A stretch of 61,861 nt of DNA, the filler included, from Squatina squatina (Eukaryota): NCBI GenBank assembly GCA_031763465.1. It is 3 parts of 3 records of this genome, joined end to end, with 100 filler letters (N's around TTAATTAATTAA, not from the genome) between each part and the next. Parts side by side here need not be neighbours in the genome. Positions count along the whole stretch, not along the records: positions 1 to 29,595 come from JARFOE010000080.1; 2 more parts are not named here. One strand, given 5' to 3'. Shown in pieces: positions 1 to 11,072 of this stretch (positions are counted from its first letter, which is position 1; every line of letters begins with the position of its first letter). The position numbers were made by a program, and so were the translations under genes. The notes beneath the pieces were generated by a model. It did not search any database. It was not told the DNA's origin and saw only the letters and a program-made list of their open reading frames with translations.

Positions 1-169
1 GTCATAGTAACTGAAGAGATGTTTCAGCAGGAAAACAAACATCTAGGGAGTCGACAGCTAATATTTTCCATGAATGTTAATTCAGGACTCTGTTGCCCCC
101 TTGTGCACCCATGCACCCATTAACCCCATCCTCAATAACCTTCACTAGCTCCTCATTGCCCCAGTATTG

Positions 170-645
170 GCAAATTAAGTGAGTGGGCAAAACTGTGGCA
201 GATGGAGTTCAATGTGGGGCAGTGTGAAGCCATCTGCTTTGATCCCAGAAAAGATAGTGAGAAGCTGAGAACTGTGGAGGAGCAGAGAGCTTTAGGGGTC
301 CATATATAGAAATCACTAAACGCTAGTAGACAGGTAGAAAAAAATAATTAAAACAGGGCCGGGAATTTTGGCCTTGATCTCAAGAGGGCTGGAATACAAA
401 AGGGTGGAAGTTATGCTACAGTTTATATAAAGCTCTACCTAGTCAGGTCCCATCTGCAGTAACTGCATTCAGTTCTGGGCCCCGCACCCCAGGAAGGCCT
501 TGGAGTGGGAGCAGCGGCGATTCACCCGAATGATACCAGGGCTAAAAGGGTTAAGTCACGAGGACAGGTTGAATAGACTAGGCTTGTATTCCCTGGAGTA
601 TAGAAGATTAAGCGTTATCTAATTGAAGTGTTAAAGATGACTAAA
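170..645 (+). mobile_element. CR1 LINE ORF2 fragment (RT C-terminal region), decayed
   Basis: Translates to LSEWAKLWQMEFNVGQCE, followed by decayed CR1 C-terminal motifs (QFWAPH, RRFTRMIPGLKGLSHEDRLNRLGLYSLEYRRL), with frameshifts. Confidence 0.9.
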
Positions 646-1052
646 TAGGTTCTTTGCCTGTCAACTGGCTGAAGAAACAAGCTGGTTTGTAATCTGAGAA
701 CAAGTAACACACAAGTACAGTAGCTGGATGATAACAGGTGGGGTTAAGGATCTTCTGTCTCATATGATCCACATAAATTATATAAATCGTTCTGAACTAG
801 CTACAACTCCAAATTTAACAAATTAGCTTTTAAATACATAATTATCTTTATCTGTCTTTTTAAAATAATTCAGCAACTACCAGAATTATTCTCACCCGTG
901 GAAAGCTTTTGCCTTTTATCAAAGCTTGTCTCTTATCAGGTGTAGACTCGCCNNNNNNNNNNNNNNNNNNNNNNNNNNNNNNNNNNNNNNNNNNNNNNNN
1001 NNNNNNNNNNNNNNNNNNNNNNNNNNNNNNNNNNNNNNNNNNNNNNNNNNNN

Positions 1053-1202
1053 GGCCTATTGCCTGAATCAGGCGATCGCTTTGGGCACCAGTTGGTAGGC
1101 CCCTTTCAAAATGCAGCTGGCCGCATCGCCGATGTTAACGGGGCAGTAAGGTTACCGACCCCATTTTGGGTATCACCAGGCGAGGGCAGTCAAAATTGAC
1201 CC
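1053..1202. mobile_element. End of GC-rich TIR (Harbinger-type) non-autonomous element
   Basis: CpG-rich island ending AAAATTGACCC, the terminal motif shared by many elements in this window. Confidence 0.45.
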
Positions 1203-2182
1203 ATGAGTTTACCAACTCACTCCTGACCCTCAGGCAGCTGGCATAGGCCATCAATGTCACATATGATAAATCTTGCTATTCTACTTCTACATTACTTCTG
1301 CTTATTTTACTGCATTCGTAATGTCTTTGTGAACTTCCAAACAGTTGTGACAGGTCCTCAGACTTAAGAGGAATGTACCATGATAAGCACTGCATTGATA
1401 CTGTCAGTCATCACCTCCAAGGTTTGCTGTCTTCACTATGGTGGTTTTTATATGGACAGCTTATCGAATACATCCACTTGGTGTTCCATGACTGCTACTA
1501 CAGGGGTCTCGAGGGCTTCATCTGCACAGCATGCTTTGTTCTGTTGCCTAGCATTTTCTATTCCAGAAAAGAACGCTCATTATATACCAAAGAGTGCTAC
1601 ATTATTTCACTAATGACGGTACCTTATTGCAGGAAAATTTTGATTATATTCTCAGAATTTAGTCATCAGTAACAGAAAAAAGGATGCTGGAAGCCTATAA
1701 AGGAAATTGGATTGTACTAGCTAAATTATTATTATTATTGCCCTAAATTTACTTTCATTTTGCAGTGGGTTGGGGACNNNNNNNNNNNNNNNNNNNNNNN
1801 NNNNNNNNNNNNNNNNNNNNNNNNNNNNNNNNNNNNNNNNNNNNNNNNNNNNNNNNNNNNNNNNNNNNNNNNNNNNNTGCAGGCAATATATTATTTATCA
1901 AGCCATCTCCACACACAGAAGCGAATTGGCATTCAGCTTTTATCATTCACCGTTAGACACTCCATGTAGATAGAAACACATTACCACATTAGACCAGTTA
2001 AGAGGTTTTCAATTAGATTTGTGGTTTGAAAGTTTGAATCCAGAAACTAATTGAACACAAAATTAAGCAGGGAAAAGATTGGATTAATTGTCTGCATCAT
2101 CAAGAGTAAATTGATACATTCACTTGCAATCTGCCATCATCTGTACCAGGACTGCTTGCTTTTACCATCTACTGTGTTTTTA

Positions 2183-2428
2183 AAAATTCATTCCCTGGAT
2201 GTGGGCATTGCTGGCAAGTCCGGCATTTAAAAATGCGGTGGTGCGCTTTCTTCTTGAATAGCTGCAGTCTGTGTAATGATGGAACTCCCATAGTACTGTT
2301 AGTTGGTGGGCGCAAGGATTTTGACCCAGCAACGGTGAAGGAATGGTGATATATGTCCAACGCTATGGATTATTAGTCCAGCACTCTAGATTACTCGTCC
2401 AGTGACATGACCACTACATTAGTGTACG
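2183..2428 (-). mobile_element. tRNA-derived head joined to the 3' tail of a non-CR1-type LINE
   Basis: 2183-2360 matches the LINE tail at 3693-3758 and 28805-28900 (GGATGTGGGC..GCTGGC). 2362-2428 matches the tRNA-like head at 29160-29220. Confidence 0.7.
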
Positions 2429-2669
2429 TGACAATTATATTTCTTACACAAAGTGTCACATAAATGCAATATTTAATATGATGGTGGCAAATGTTCTCAC
2501 AGCTTCTCCCCCTCCACCAACCTGGCTTCAATGCAAACACATTAACATATGCAAACAGTTCTCCCGCTGACCTCCTGCCAGGGTTACAGCAGCAGAGCCA
2601 GATGAACGGTCAGGAAATTCCCATCGAATGTGTTTAGAAATGCAGAACATAAATATTGGTTTAAGAGCT

Positions 2670-2793
2670 CGAAGTGGCCTGTGCTGAGTTGGCTGATCTC
2701 AGCTAGGGCCCTGGAATTGTCCTCAGTGCCCCACCTTAGGGAAGGGCAGAACTCCCACTCCTGATATCTATCCAGTGACTCCCTAGTGAAAAC
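2670..2793 (+). mobile_element. LmeSINE1-like SINE fragment
   Basis: GTGCTGAGTTGGCTGATCTCAGC and CTCCTGAT..TATCCAGTGAC, similar to the copies at 36.7, 38.7 and 46.3 kb. Confidence 0.55.
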
Positions 2794-2796
2794 ACC

Positions 2797-3592
2797 GGGG
2801 CCGGAATCTTCCCAGCCCTGTGACTGCAGGTTTGGAGGCGGACCTGCTGTCAAAATAGCCCTGATTGACAGTGGGTGGAAGTCCGCTCTGAACCCGCCTC
2901 CAAATCAGTTTCTCAACTGTCGGGTCTGCGTGCGTATTGCAGACCCAACACCAAGCGGTGGGCCAGCCAATTTAGATGCTTAAGAGGTAATTTAAAGGTA
3001 TTTAAAAGGATTTTACCCAGACCCTTACCATTTTACTAAGTTTTCAAGGAATTTGCCCTCCCTCGGGTTTCACACCAGGTAAGTGTGTCAGGTTCACAGT
3101 GACTCTCCATTGCTTTGGCTAGTTGACAGCTGCAGCTGGTATAAAAGCAACCATTTCACAGCTGTTCACTTTCCAATGTCAGAAGCTGAAGCCTTCAGGA
3201 CTTTGAAGAAACTTTTGAGCTGTATGCAGTTTGGAAGTGTTTGCAGTGAACTCTCTATCCATTGTTACCTCCTTGGAGTAGCCTCACTCACCATTGGCGG
3301 ATTGCAGACCAGCAGCATCTCACCTTGATCCTCAGAAGCCCACCACGATCAGCCAGAACATCCACAACATCCACATCAACATCACTAAACTCACGAGCAT
3401 CACCAACAACAGTGCCAACCTTCTCTGCAATCACCTGATGCTGCACAGGACACAGGGCATCAGCACTTGACCACATTGCTGCCCGTGATGGCAGGGATGG
3501 CCTCACCATGGCCACATTTACTTCACTTCATGCTGGCTACCACATGATGCGCCAGGTTGGCACCAACCCACATCAGCACCATAAAGCATCCC
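2797..3592 (+). mobile_element. Harbinger-type DNA element, 5' part
   Basis: Starts abruptly with GGGGCCGGAATCTT, truncating the preceding SINE. GC-rich subterminal region followed by a CAC/CAG-rich tract. Confidence 0.45.
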
Positions 3593-3692
3593 NNNNNNNN
3601 NNNNNNNNNNNNNNNNNNNNNNNNNNNNNNNNNNNNNNNNNNNNNNNNNNNNNNNNNNNNNNNNNNNNNNNNNNNNNNNNNNNNNNNNNNNN

Positions 3693-3758
3693 ATTATGGA
3701 TGGGCAATAAATCCTGACCTTGCCAGCGATGCCCACATCACATGAATGAATAAAAAAA
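3693..3758 (+). mobile_element. 3' tail of non-CR1-type LINE/SINE family
   Basis: GGATGGGCAATAAA..GCCAGCGATGCCCACATCACATGAATGAATAAAAAAA, a polyA signal plus A-tail. Confidence 0.75.
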
Positions 3759-4458
3759 GTAAAATCAACTCCCTTTCCCGGTTGGGGAGGAGGAAGGAGA
3801 GTGAAAATTGAAAGAAGAGAGAAAAAAAATCTGAAAGTTGAAGTAATATATGCAGTACTCTACATCTTACAGCATTTAAACAAATACAGTGGAATAAAAA
3901 TATGCCAGTTCTGTGCTTTCTGACCTTGACTCTGTTCATTAATATGTCTTGTTGAATTCTCCAAGAAGATGCATCTAATTCAACAGGCCATTATTATTGT
4001 TTGACATTCTCTGATCATTGCCTCGCAGACATTCACATAAAAAGTGAGATATTATTTAAGTGCACGATGCATTTTTCTTCCTGACATTCCAATGAATGAA
4101 GCTTCCTGCAACTGACATATTAGCTTACTGCCAGTTGCAAGATCTAGTTTATAAATGCAATAATTGCTACAAAAGCTATAACATCTCTCACTTTTTAATC
4201 AGTTGCAAACCTCTTTTTTTCCTCCGGATTTACTAAATGCAGAGAAAATAGCTGGAGTAACTTGATAGAATAGTTTTAAGATGTTTAATTCCCACCTCCA
4301 AAGGAGCAGAAAAATATTTTGTGCGTCAGTGAGCATGTATCCTGTCAGTTGAGACATANNNNNNNNNNNNNNNNNNNNNNNNNNNNNNNNNNNNNNNNNN
4401 NNNNNNNNNNNNNNNNNNNNNNNNNNNNNNNNNNNNNNNNNNNNNNNNNNNNNNNNNN

Positions 4459-4742
4459 AGTGCTTGTCTCTCAATAACGAGTCCCTTTAAGGGCTGAGCT
4501 GGCCTGACATATGATTGCAACTCCTTAGATTGATTAGTGAATTGGACCGCTGAAACCAGTAAAGCTCAATTGGTGTCGATCAGGCACCCATTAGCGCTGA
4601 TTTCTAGGCAATTTTCGAAGCCGCCCAAAAATTTTTTTAAAGAGCCGAATACCGCGAAATAACGGAACAGCGCAAAACAGGCGCTAAAATCACGCTTTTT
4701 GGTCCCCTTGCGTTTAAAACGCAGTGCAGACCATTGGGCGCC
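4459..4742. mobile_element. Harbinger-type TIR element end (same family as 16761-17110)
   Basis: Shares CCCTTTAAGGGCTGAG..TTGCAACT..GATTAG..GAATTGG with 16865-16930; CpG-rich. Confidence 0.5.
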
Positions 4743-5815
4743 CACATTTCTATTTATGAAGCCCAGGATCCCGCAAGCCTTTTTAACTGCTTTCTCAACT
4801 GGCCCTGCCACCTTCAACGATTTGTACACTCATACCCACAGGTCTTTCTGTTCGTGCACCCCCTTCATTGTATCATTTAGTTTATATTTCCTTTCCTCGT
4901 TCTTTCTACCAAAATGTATCCCTTCACACTTTTCTGCTTTAAATTTCATCTGCACTGTGTCCGCCCATTTCATCAGCCTATTTATGTTTTCCTGAAGTCT
5001 ATCACTCTCCTCCTCACTGTTCACTGTACTTCTGAGGATTTTGTCATCTGCAAATTTTGAAATTGTGCCCTGTACACCCACATCCAAGTCATTAATATAC
5101 ATAAAGAAAAGCAGTGGTCCCAGAACTGACCCCTCGGGAACACTGCCTTCCTCCAGTCTGAAAAACAACCGTTCACCACAACGGTTTCCTGTCACTTAGC
5201 CAATTCCATATCCATGCTGTCAATTCCCCTTTTATTCCATGGACTTCAACTTTGCTGACAAGCCTTTTATGTGGCACTTTGTCGAACGCCCTTTGGAAAT
5301 CCATGTACACTACGTCAACCGCATTAACCTCATCAACCCTATCTGCTACTTCGTCAAAAAACTCTATCAAGTTGGCTAAACATGATTTGCCTTTAACAAA
5401 TCCGTGCTGGCTTTCCTTAATTAATCCACACCGATCCAAGTGACTGTTAATTTTGTTCCTGATTACTGTTTCTAAATGTTTCCCCACTATCGAGGTTAAA
5501 CTGACTGGCCTGTAGTTGCTGGGTTTATCTTTACACCCTTTTTTAAACAATGGTATAGCATTTGCAATTCTCCAGTACTCTGGCACCACCCCCATATCGA
5601 GGGAGGATTGGAATATTATGACCACTACCTCGGCGATTTCCTTTCTCAATTCCCTTAGCATCCTTGGATGCATTCCATCTGCTCCTGGTAATTTCTCTAT
5701 TTTAAGTACAGCCAGCCTTTCTAAAACCGCCTCCTTATCAATTTTTATCTTATCAAGTATCTCCACTGCTTCCTCCTTCGCCATGTCTTTGACAGCATCC
5801 TCTTCCTTGGTGACG
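4743..5815 (-). mobile_element. CR1 LINE ORF2 reverse transcriptase, frameshifted
   Basis: NYRPVSLTS, SQHGFVKGKSC, YMDFQRAFDKVPH, GSVLGPLLF, FADD and WADTVQMKF motifs in ORFs 5173-5784 and 4830-5195. Confidence 0.97.
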
Positions 5816-5915
5816 NNNNNNNNNNNNNNNNNNNNNNNNNNNNNNNNNNNNNNNNNNNNNNNNNNNNNNNNNNNNNNNNNNNNNNNNNNNNNNNNNNNNN
5901 NNNNNNNNNNNNNNN

Positions 5916-6019
5916 TTCCTTATTGTATCAGGACCCCACCCTCAGCATTCCTTATTGAGTCTGATCCCCACCCTCAGCATTCCTTATTGTATTAGATCCC
6001 CTCCCCTCAGCATTCCTTT
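5916..6019 (+). repeat. Minisatellite, about 32-bp unit, about 3 copies (truncated by gap)
   Basis: TTCCTTATTGTAT.AG..CCCCACCCTCAGCA repeated three times. Confidence 0.85.
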
Positions 6020-6524
6020 TCATTACTGGTGCTCTGTTTACTTTTTAGATGATTTTCACATGAGCTTTGCCATATTCAGCTGATGTGAGTTCACATAATT
6101 ATGCCTTTTAATTTCCAATTCTTGATTAAAATGTCAAGTTCAGACTCCCTGAAATGCAGTTTCTTTCTTAAGGGTTTTTCTACCACGGTTTACTGATGGT
6201 TATAATATCTGAATAACTGACAAAGGTCAAGTGGTTCATTTCTCGCTGTTAAGCTGATTAAATTGGATGATTTCATTTTACATGTGACTGGATGATTTAA
6301 CTGACTGCAGGCAGGATATCCATGTCACAGGAGTGGAAGCTCACGTCTTTCGGTTAGATGGTAAATGAGTGGCAGTATTACCGCTCTTTTACAACTCAAG
6401 TACCTTAAATGTCACACTTTGCAANNNNNNNNNNNNNNNNNNNNNNNNNNNNNNNNNNNNNNNNNNNNNNNNNNNNNNNNNNNNNNNNNNNNNNNNNNNN
6501 NNNNNNNNNNNNNNNNNNNNNNNN

Positions 6525-6954
6525 TGCTTGTTCTCTCTTGTGCAATGTGCAACCAGGCTGCGTTGGTGTCCTGGAAAGGTCTCTTCCATCCATTGGAAGG
6601 GAAGAGAAGCTGCCTGCATGCTGTGACTTCCCCCATAAGCATCTGGATGGAGTCATGGGAGAGCTTAGGTGCAGCCGTGCACCTTTGGTAAGTGTTTGCA
6701 GCACCCTAGTGCTGTAGAACACTGTCAGCACAGCTGTCAAACAACAGTTGGCCTTGGTCCCTTTAAGGAAACTGGCTGATAACACGTCATCAGATGATGT
6801 CCTATTAATTGGCTGGCAACCTTGCAGGGCGGTCTTACCAAGCCCCATCAAGGTAAAATTGTGTTGAGAGGGCGGGATAGAGTTGGGAATGCCTTCCCTA
6901 CACGCCACCAATGCCGGCCACTCCCATCTTACCACTGTTGGCGGAATTGTGGCC
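6525..6954. mobile_element. Harbinger-type element end
   Basis: Ends GCGGAATTGTGGCC followed by TAA; GC-rich subterminal region. Confidence 0.4.
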
Positions 6955-7029
6955 TAAAGATACAAAACTGTTTGATGTGTTTTAAAATTACTACAAAGTA
7001 ATCATTAGACTCCTGGAGTGCAGGAGAGT

Positions 7030-7390
7030 TGGGTGTTGAAGTTACTGCAAGCATATGGGCTTGAATCAAGTCTGTACTAATCAAATCAAAGTCTTTCGTC
7101 TTTGATTTCTGTTACAGTTCTTCAGTGAAATGAGTTTGAGCAGTCTTGACACAGCTCTCAATGGACAAAAGTTGATAACATAATACTGCCTGTAATTTTG
7201 CTCAACTTGACATTGACTGGGCTTTGTCACTCAGGAAGGCCATAAGGATAGATGACATGGGGAAAGAATGAGTCACACGAGTGCATTAGAGAGCGCTCTT
7301 CTGAGGACTGGTATTCAGGCACATTACAAGAGTAACGTAAAGGGAGTACTACATCACATCTGGTCTATGTCACACATGATTTAAGAGTTC
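7030..7390 (+). mobile_element. LF-SINE-like ancient SINE
   Basis: GTGAAATGAGTTTGAGCAGTCT..CAATGGACA, GAAGGCCATAAGGAT and CAGGCACATT blocks in the order recalled for LF-SINE; similar to 22754-23062. Confidence 0.55.
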
Positions 7391-8254
7391 GAAAATATTC
7401 TATGCTCACATCACCACTGTCATTTGCGTTCGTGAACAGATTTAGAAACAAAAACGGGGAGAGAAAGTGTTTACAAAAAAAATGTGAAAGTAGCAGAACA
7501 ATTATGCTTGTGATTAATCGCCAAATTTTAACAGTTTTAACGTTTTAATCAAAAGAACATGTAATATGTATTGGTAGACTATCAGCATATGCAAACAACA
7601 GTTTCACTTCACCTACTGTTTGACCTTTCTGGGTTTGAATTAATGTGCAGTGGAGCTTGTGTTAGCTAACTGCCAGTTGTAGAGAGCTTGCCAGCATTTC
7701 GAGGCACAGCACAATGCAGCAGACACTCCAAGAGGGCAAAGGTTACAGGTGTCTGTGCACGATGACAGCAGGGCTGAGCATAATAAGGACAGATTTGTGT
7801 GTGTGTGCCAAGAATCAGTGCCAGAAAAACTGACATTGCAGTAGGGAGTGCTGGTCCTCATTCCAGTTCTTATTAAGCATAGGGCCAATAGAAAAATGCA
7901 CGCAGTGTTTCCCCTCACGGGTTTTGAAGAAACCAATTATCTCCGTGAAATCTGTTTCATTTCAGGCTTTAACATTTTGAAGTGAAGAAAATCAAATGCA
8001 CTGTTTGAATTCTGTTTGTAGACTGTCTGCATCTGAAACAGCCCCTACCTCACTTAAAATATCCAGGTCAGTGAAATGACTGGCATGATCATCTAGCTTA
8101 TCATGTACAAATCAAAAGAAAAGGCATGATCTCAGTGATGTCGCCAATGGCCTGTATACTGCTTCGGTCAATGCTACGCTATCTGGCATTGATCAGACCT
8201 CCCCCCCACACCCCCCGCCGACCTTGGCGTTTATCAGTGGAAGTTGGATCATAC

Positions 8255-8378
8255 GAAAAGCTAGAAATAAAAAGTCAGTAAAAAGTGACCATGAAGCTGT
8301 GGGATTGTCATAAACCCCAACTGGTTCACTGATGTCCTTCAGGGAAGGAAACCGGCTGTCTTTACACGGTCTGGTCAA
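8255..8378 (+). mobile_element. Body of tRNA-headed SINE-like element
   Basis: AAAAGTGACCATGAAGCTGT.GGATTGTC.TAAA.CCCAAC.GGTTCA, near-identical to 20006-20100. Confidence 0.8.
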
Positions 8379-10819
8379 AANNNNNNNNNNNNNNNNNNNN
8401 NNNNNNNNNNNNNNNNNNNNNNNNNNNNNNNNNNNNNNNNNNNNNNNNNNNNNNNNNNNNNNNNNNNNNNNNNNNNNNNNATGTCTCAAACTTTGGAAGC
8501 TTGCAATATGCCTTTCTGCTGACCTGCACAGTCCAATTCCCTCAGTATCAAACATGCTCCATGGAAACCTCAATGAATCTGGCTCGTCTCCTTTGAAATT
8601 AAGGCACTCATGCCCGTAGATAATGGAAGTGTCAGCAGTGCAATATTGGGTTTCTTTTTTTTTTTCTTCTCGGAGTAGTGAGAGTGCATTTTTCTCTTCA
8701 AAATCCTTCCAACAAACTTTGTTAAATCCAGAGCATTCGAATTGATTTTGTTTTTGACAGGATTCTGAGCCATCAAGGTAGACCTTCAAGAAGAAACATT
8801 GCAGCTTTAAAAAATGTAATACTGCACCCTCCATGTATTATTCAAAACACACAATGAATGAGTAAGACTAATGCGACTAATTATACACCGGCATTTTATC
8901 TGCTAGAAGCGCATTATCAAGAAATTTGATTTTGACTGGCCAAATTAAACAAAAAACAGCTGAAATTGCTAACTATCAGGTATTGGATGATATTATGTGA
9001 AGCAGAATAATGGTTACACAGAGGCCAGTTTTTTTGTAATAGTTAGTGTTCAGGGCCTCCTGTCACATATTTTAAGCTACTGGTATCTCCTCCAATTCCA
9101 CCCCCACCTTTCAGCATTATTTATTCACTCTGTTTAGTTTGCTTTAAAGGCTGTGGAAGTGCACACAGGGCAGGCCTATTGAACCACAGCATAATAGATG
9201 TAATACATCAATATATTTGAACTGAACAGCTTTAATTAGGCCTTGCAGGTCATTTCATCAATTCAGTTGAGTACCTCTGGGATTTGGATAATACCTTGCC
9301 AGCTGCAGTGCATGTGAATTACAGCACTCAAGCACAGCTCTGCTCGTTACACTGCAAGGTTAGAGAATGAAATGCTAATTTATGCTTAAATGCACATTGT
9401 GGAGTCGCACCAAAGCTAGCAATTTGGCTTAAAGATGACGTCATTAGTTATGAATTNNNNNNNNNNNNNNNNNNNNNNNNNNNNNNNNNNNNNNNNNNNN
9501 NNNNNNNNNNNNNNNNNNNNNNNNNNNNNNNNNNNNNNNNNNNNNNNNNNNNNNNNAGGGAAGGGTTACAACATCAGGTGACTATAATGGCTGGTACACA
9601 CCCAGCTCAACTCTCAATGTACACTCTCAATGTCAACACATAACACTGAACCATTCACCTTCATTCTTCTTTTCTCTAATAATAACCAGTTTAGTTCAGT
9701 CAAGGGTAGATTTTGTGGCTTCACTCACCAAGAGTGTACATTGGCAATTGACCCACGGAGGTGTAATTCAGTCCATCAAGCTGAATCAATGGATCCATTG
9801 CCCCTTTTTGCTGAATTTCTTATATCTACACTTGGTGGGTGAAATCCCTTGTTGAGACTGTGAGTTTGTAATATCTAACCCAAAGTCTCTCTTCTTAACT
9901 TCAGAGTGTCAAATTCTGGAATCACTCTTGTTATTTGTCTCTGATACTCTCTCAAAGGATCAGTGCCATTTTAAAGGTGGAGTCTCGGGACACGATAGGG
10001 TAAACTTTGAAAGGCCCCAATCCACCGGTAGAGCCTTGCACGCAGCCAGCACACACTGGGAAATCACAGGAGGGCATCCTATGATTTGTCATCCAATTAA
10101 GCTGTGTGCTCCCAATTTCTTGATATATGATAGAGTTGGGCAACACATATTTGCAAAATGAGTCCTTTAGTGAATTAGCAAAAATCAACAAAACCATGCC
10201 CTTTTCCTCTATTATTAATGGGCACTATGTAGATGTATCTTACTCACAAGTCTCCAAGTTGTGTGCTCATCTGTCAGCTCCAATCCTTCATTGTTTCTGT
10301 TGCCCTTTACCTTCTGCAGCTTATCCTATGTGCCCTGTTGCAAACCTTCCCGAGCCCATTAGATAGCTCCTTGTCCACACAAATGGTGCAACCTATTCCT
10401 TTTATTTTATCAGAATTTATTTCTCCTGGCTAAAGTTCAAATAACAGTTTACGGTGAGTAAAAAATTAATTTTGCCGAGTTCAAAAGAAATGTACATGCC
10501 ACGCAGTAAATAACTTTTAATACATTATCCTGCCTTGGGCTGAAAGCACTGGTAGGATTGAAAAACATCAGCCCAGAATTATCACTGTTCATTCATTTTT
10601 TTTTGGATTAGGCTGGACATCAAGCTTTTGATATTGCACNNNNNNNNNNNNNNNNNNNNNNNNNNNNNNNNNNNNNNNNNNNNNNNNNNNNNNNNNNNNN
10701 NNNNNNNNNNNNNNNNNNNNNNNNNNNNNNNNNNNNNNNATCTAGAAATTATATTTGTGATAATAGCATGTTTGTGAGACATCTCCCAGCCCTATTTTCA
10801 CAAAGGTATGAATCTACTT

Positions 10820-11072
10820 GGGGAGGTGAGGGGATTTTATTGTTTACACAGCCAGTTGATATGATCTGGAATAAACTGCCTGAAAGGGTGATGGAAACAG
10901 ATTCAATAATAACTGTCAAAAGGGAACTGGATATATATTTGAAATGAAAAAAAATTGCAAGGTTATGGGGAAAGAGCGGGGGAGTGGGACTCGTTGGGTA
11001 TCTCTTTCAAAGCGCCAGAACAGGCATGATGGGCTGAATGGCCTCCTTCTATGCTGTATGATTCGATGATCC
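10820..11072 (+). mobile_element. CR1 LINE 3' end
   Basis: TGGAATAAACTGCCTGAAAGGGTG..GATGGGCTGAATGGCCTCCTTCTATGCTGTATGATTCGATGAT, a typical CR1 tail. Confidence 0.9.

Noticed and set aside
8193-8834. 213-aa minus-strand ORF
   Set aside because: Spans a gap and a SINE, crosses a T-run, and has no recognisable domain or splice structure
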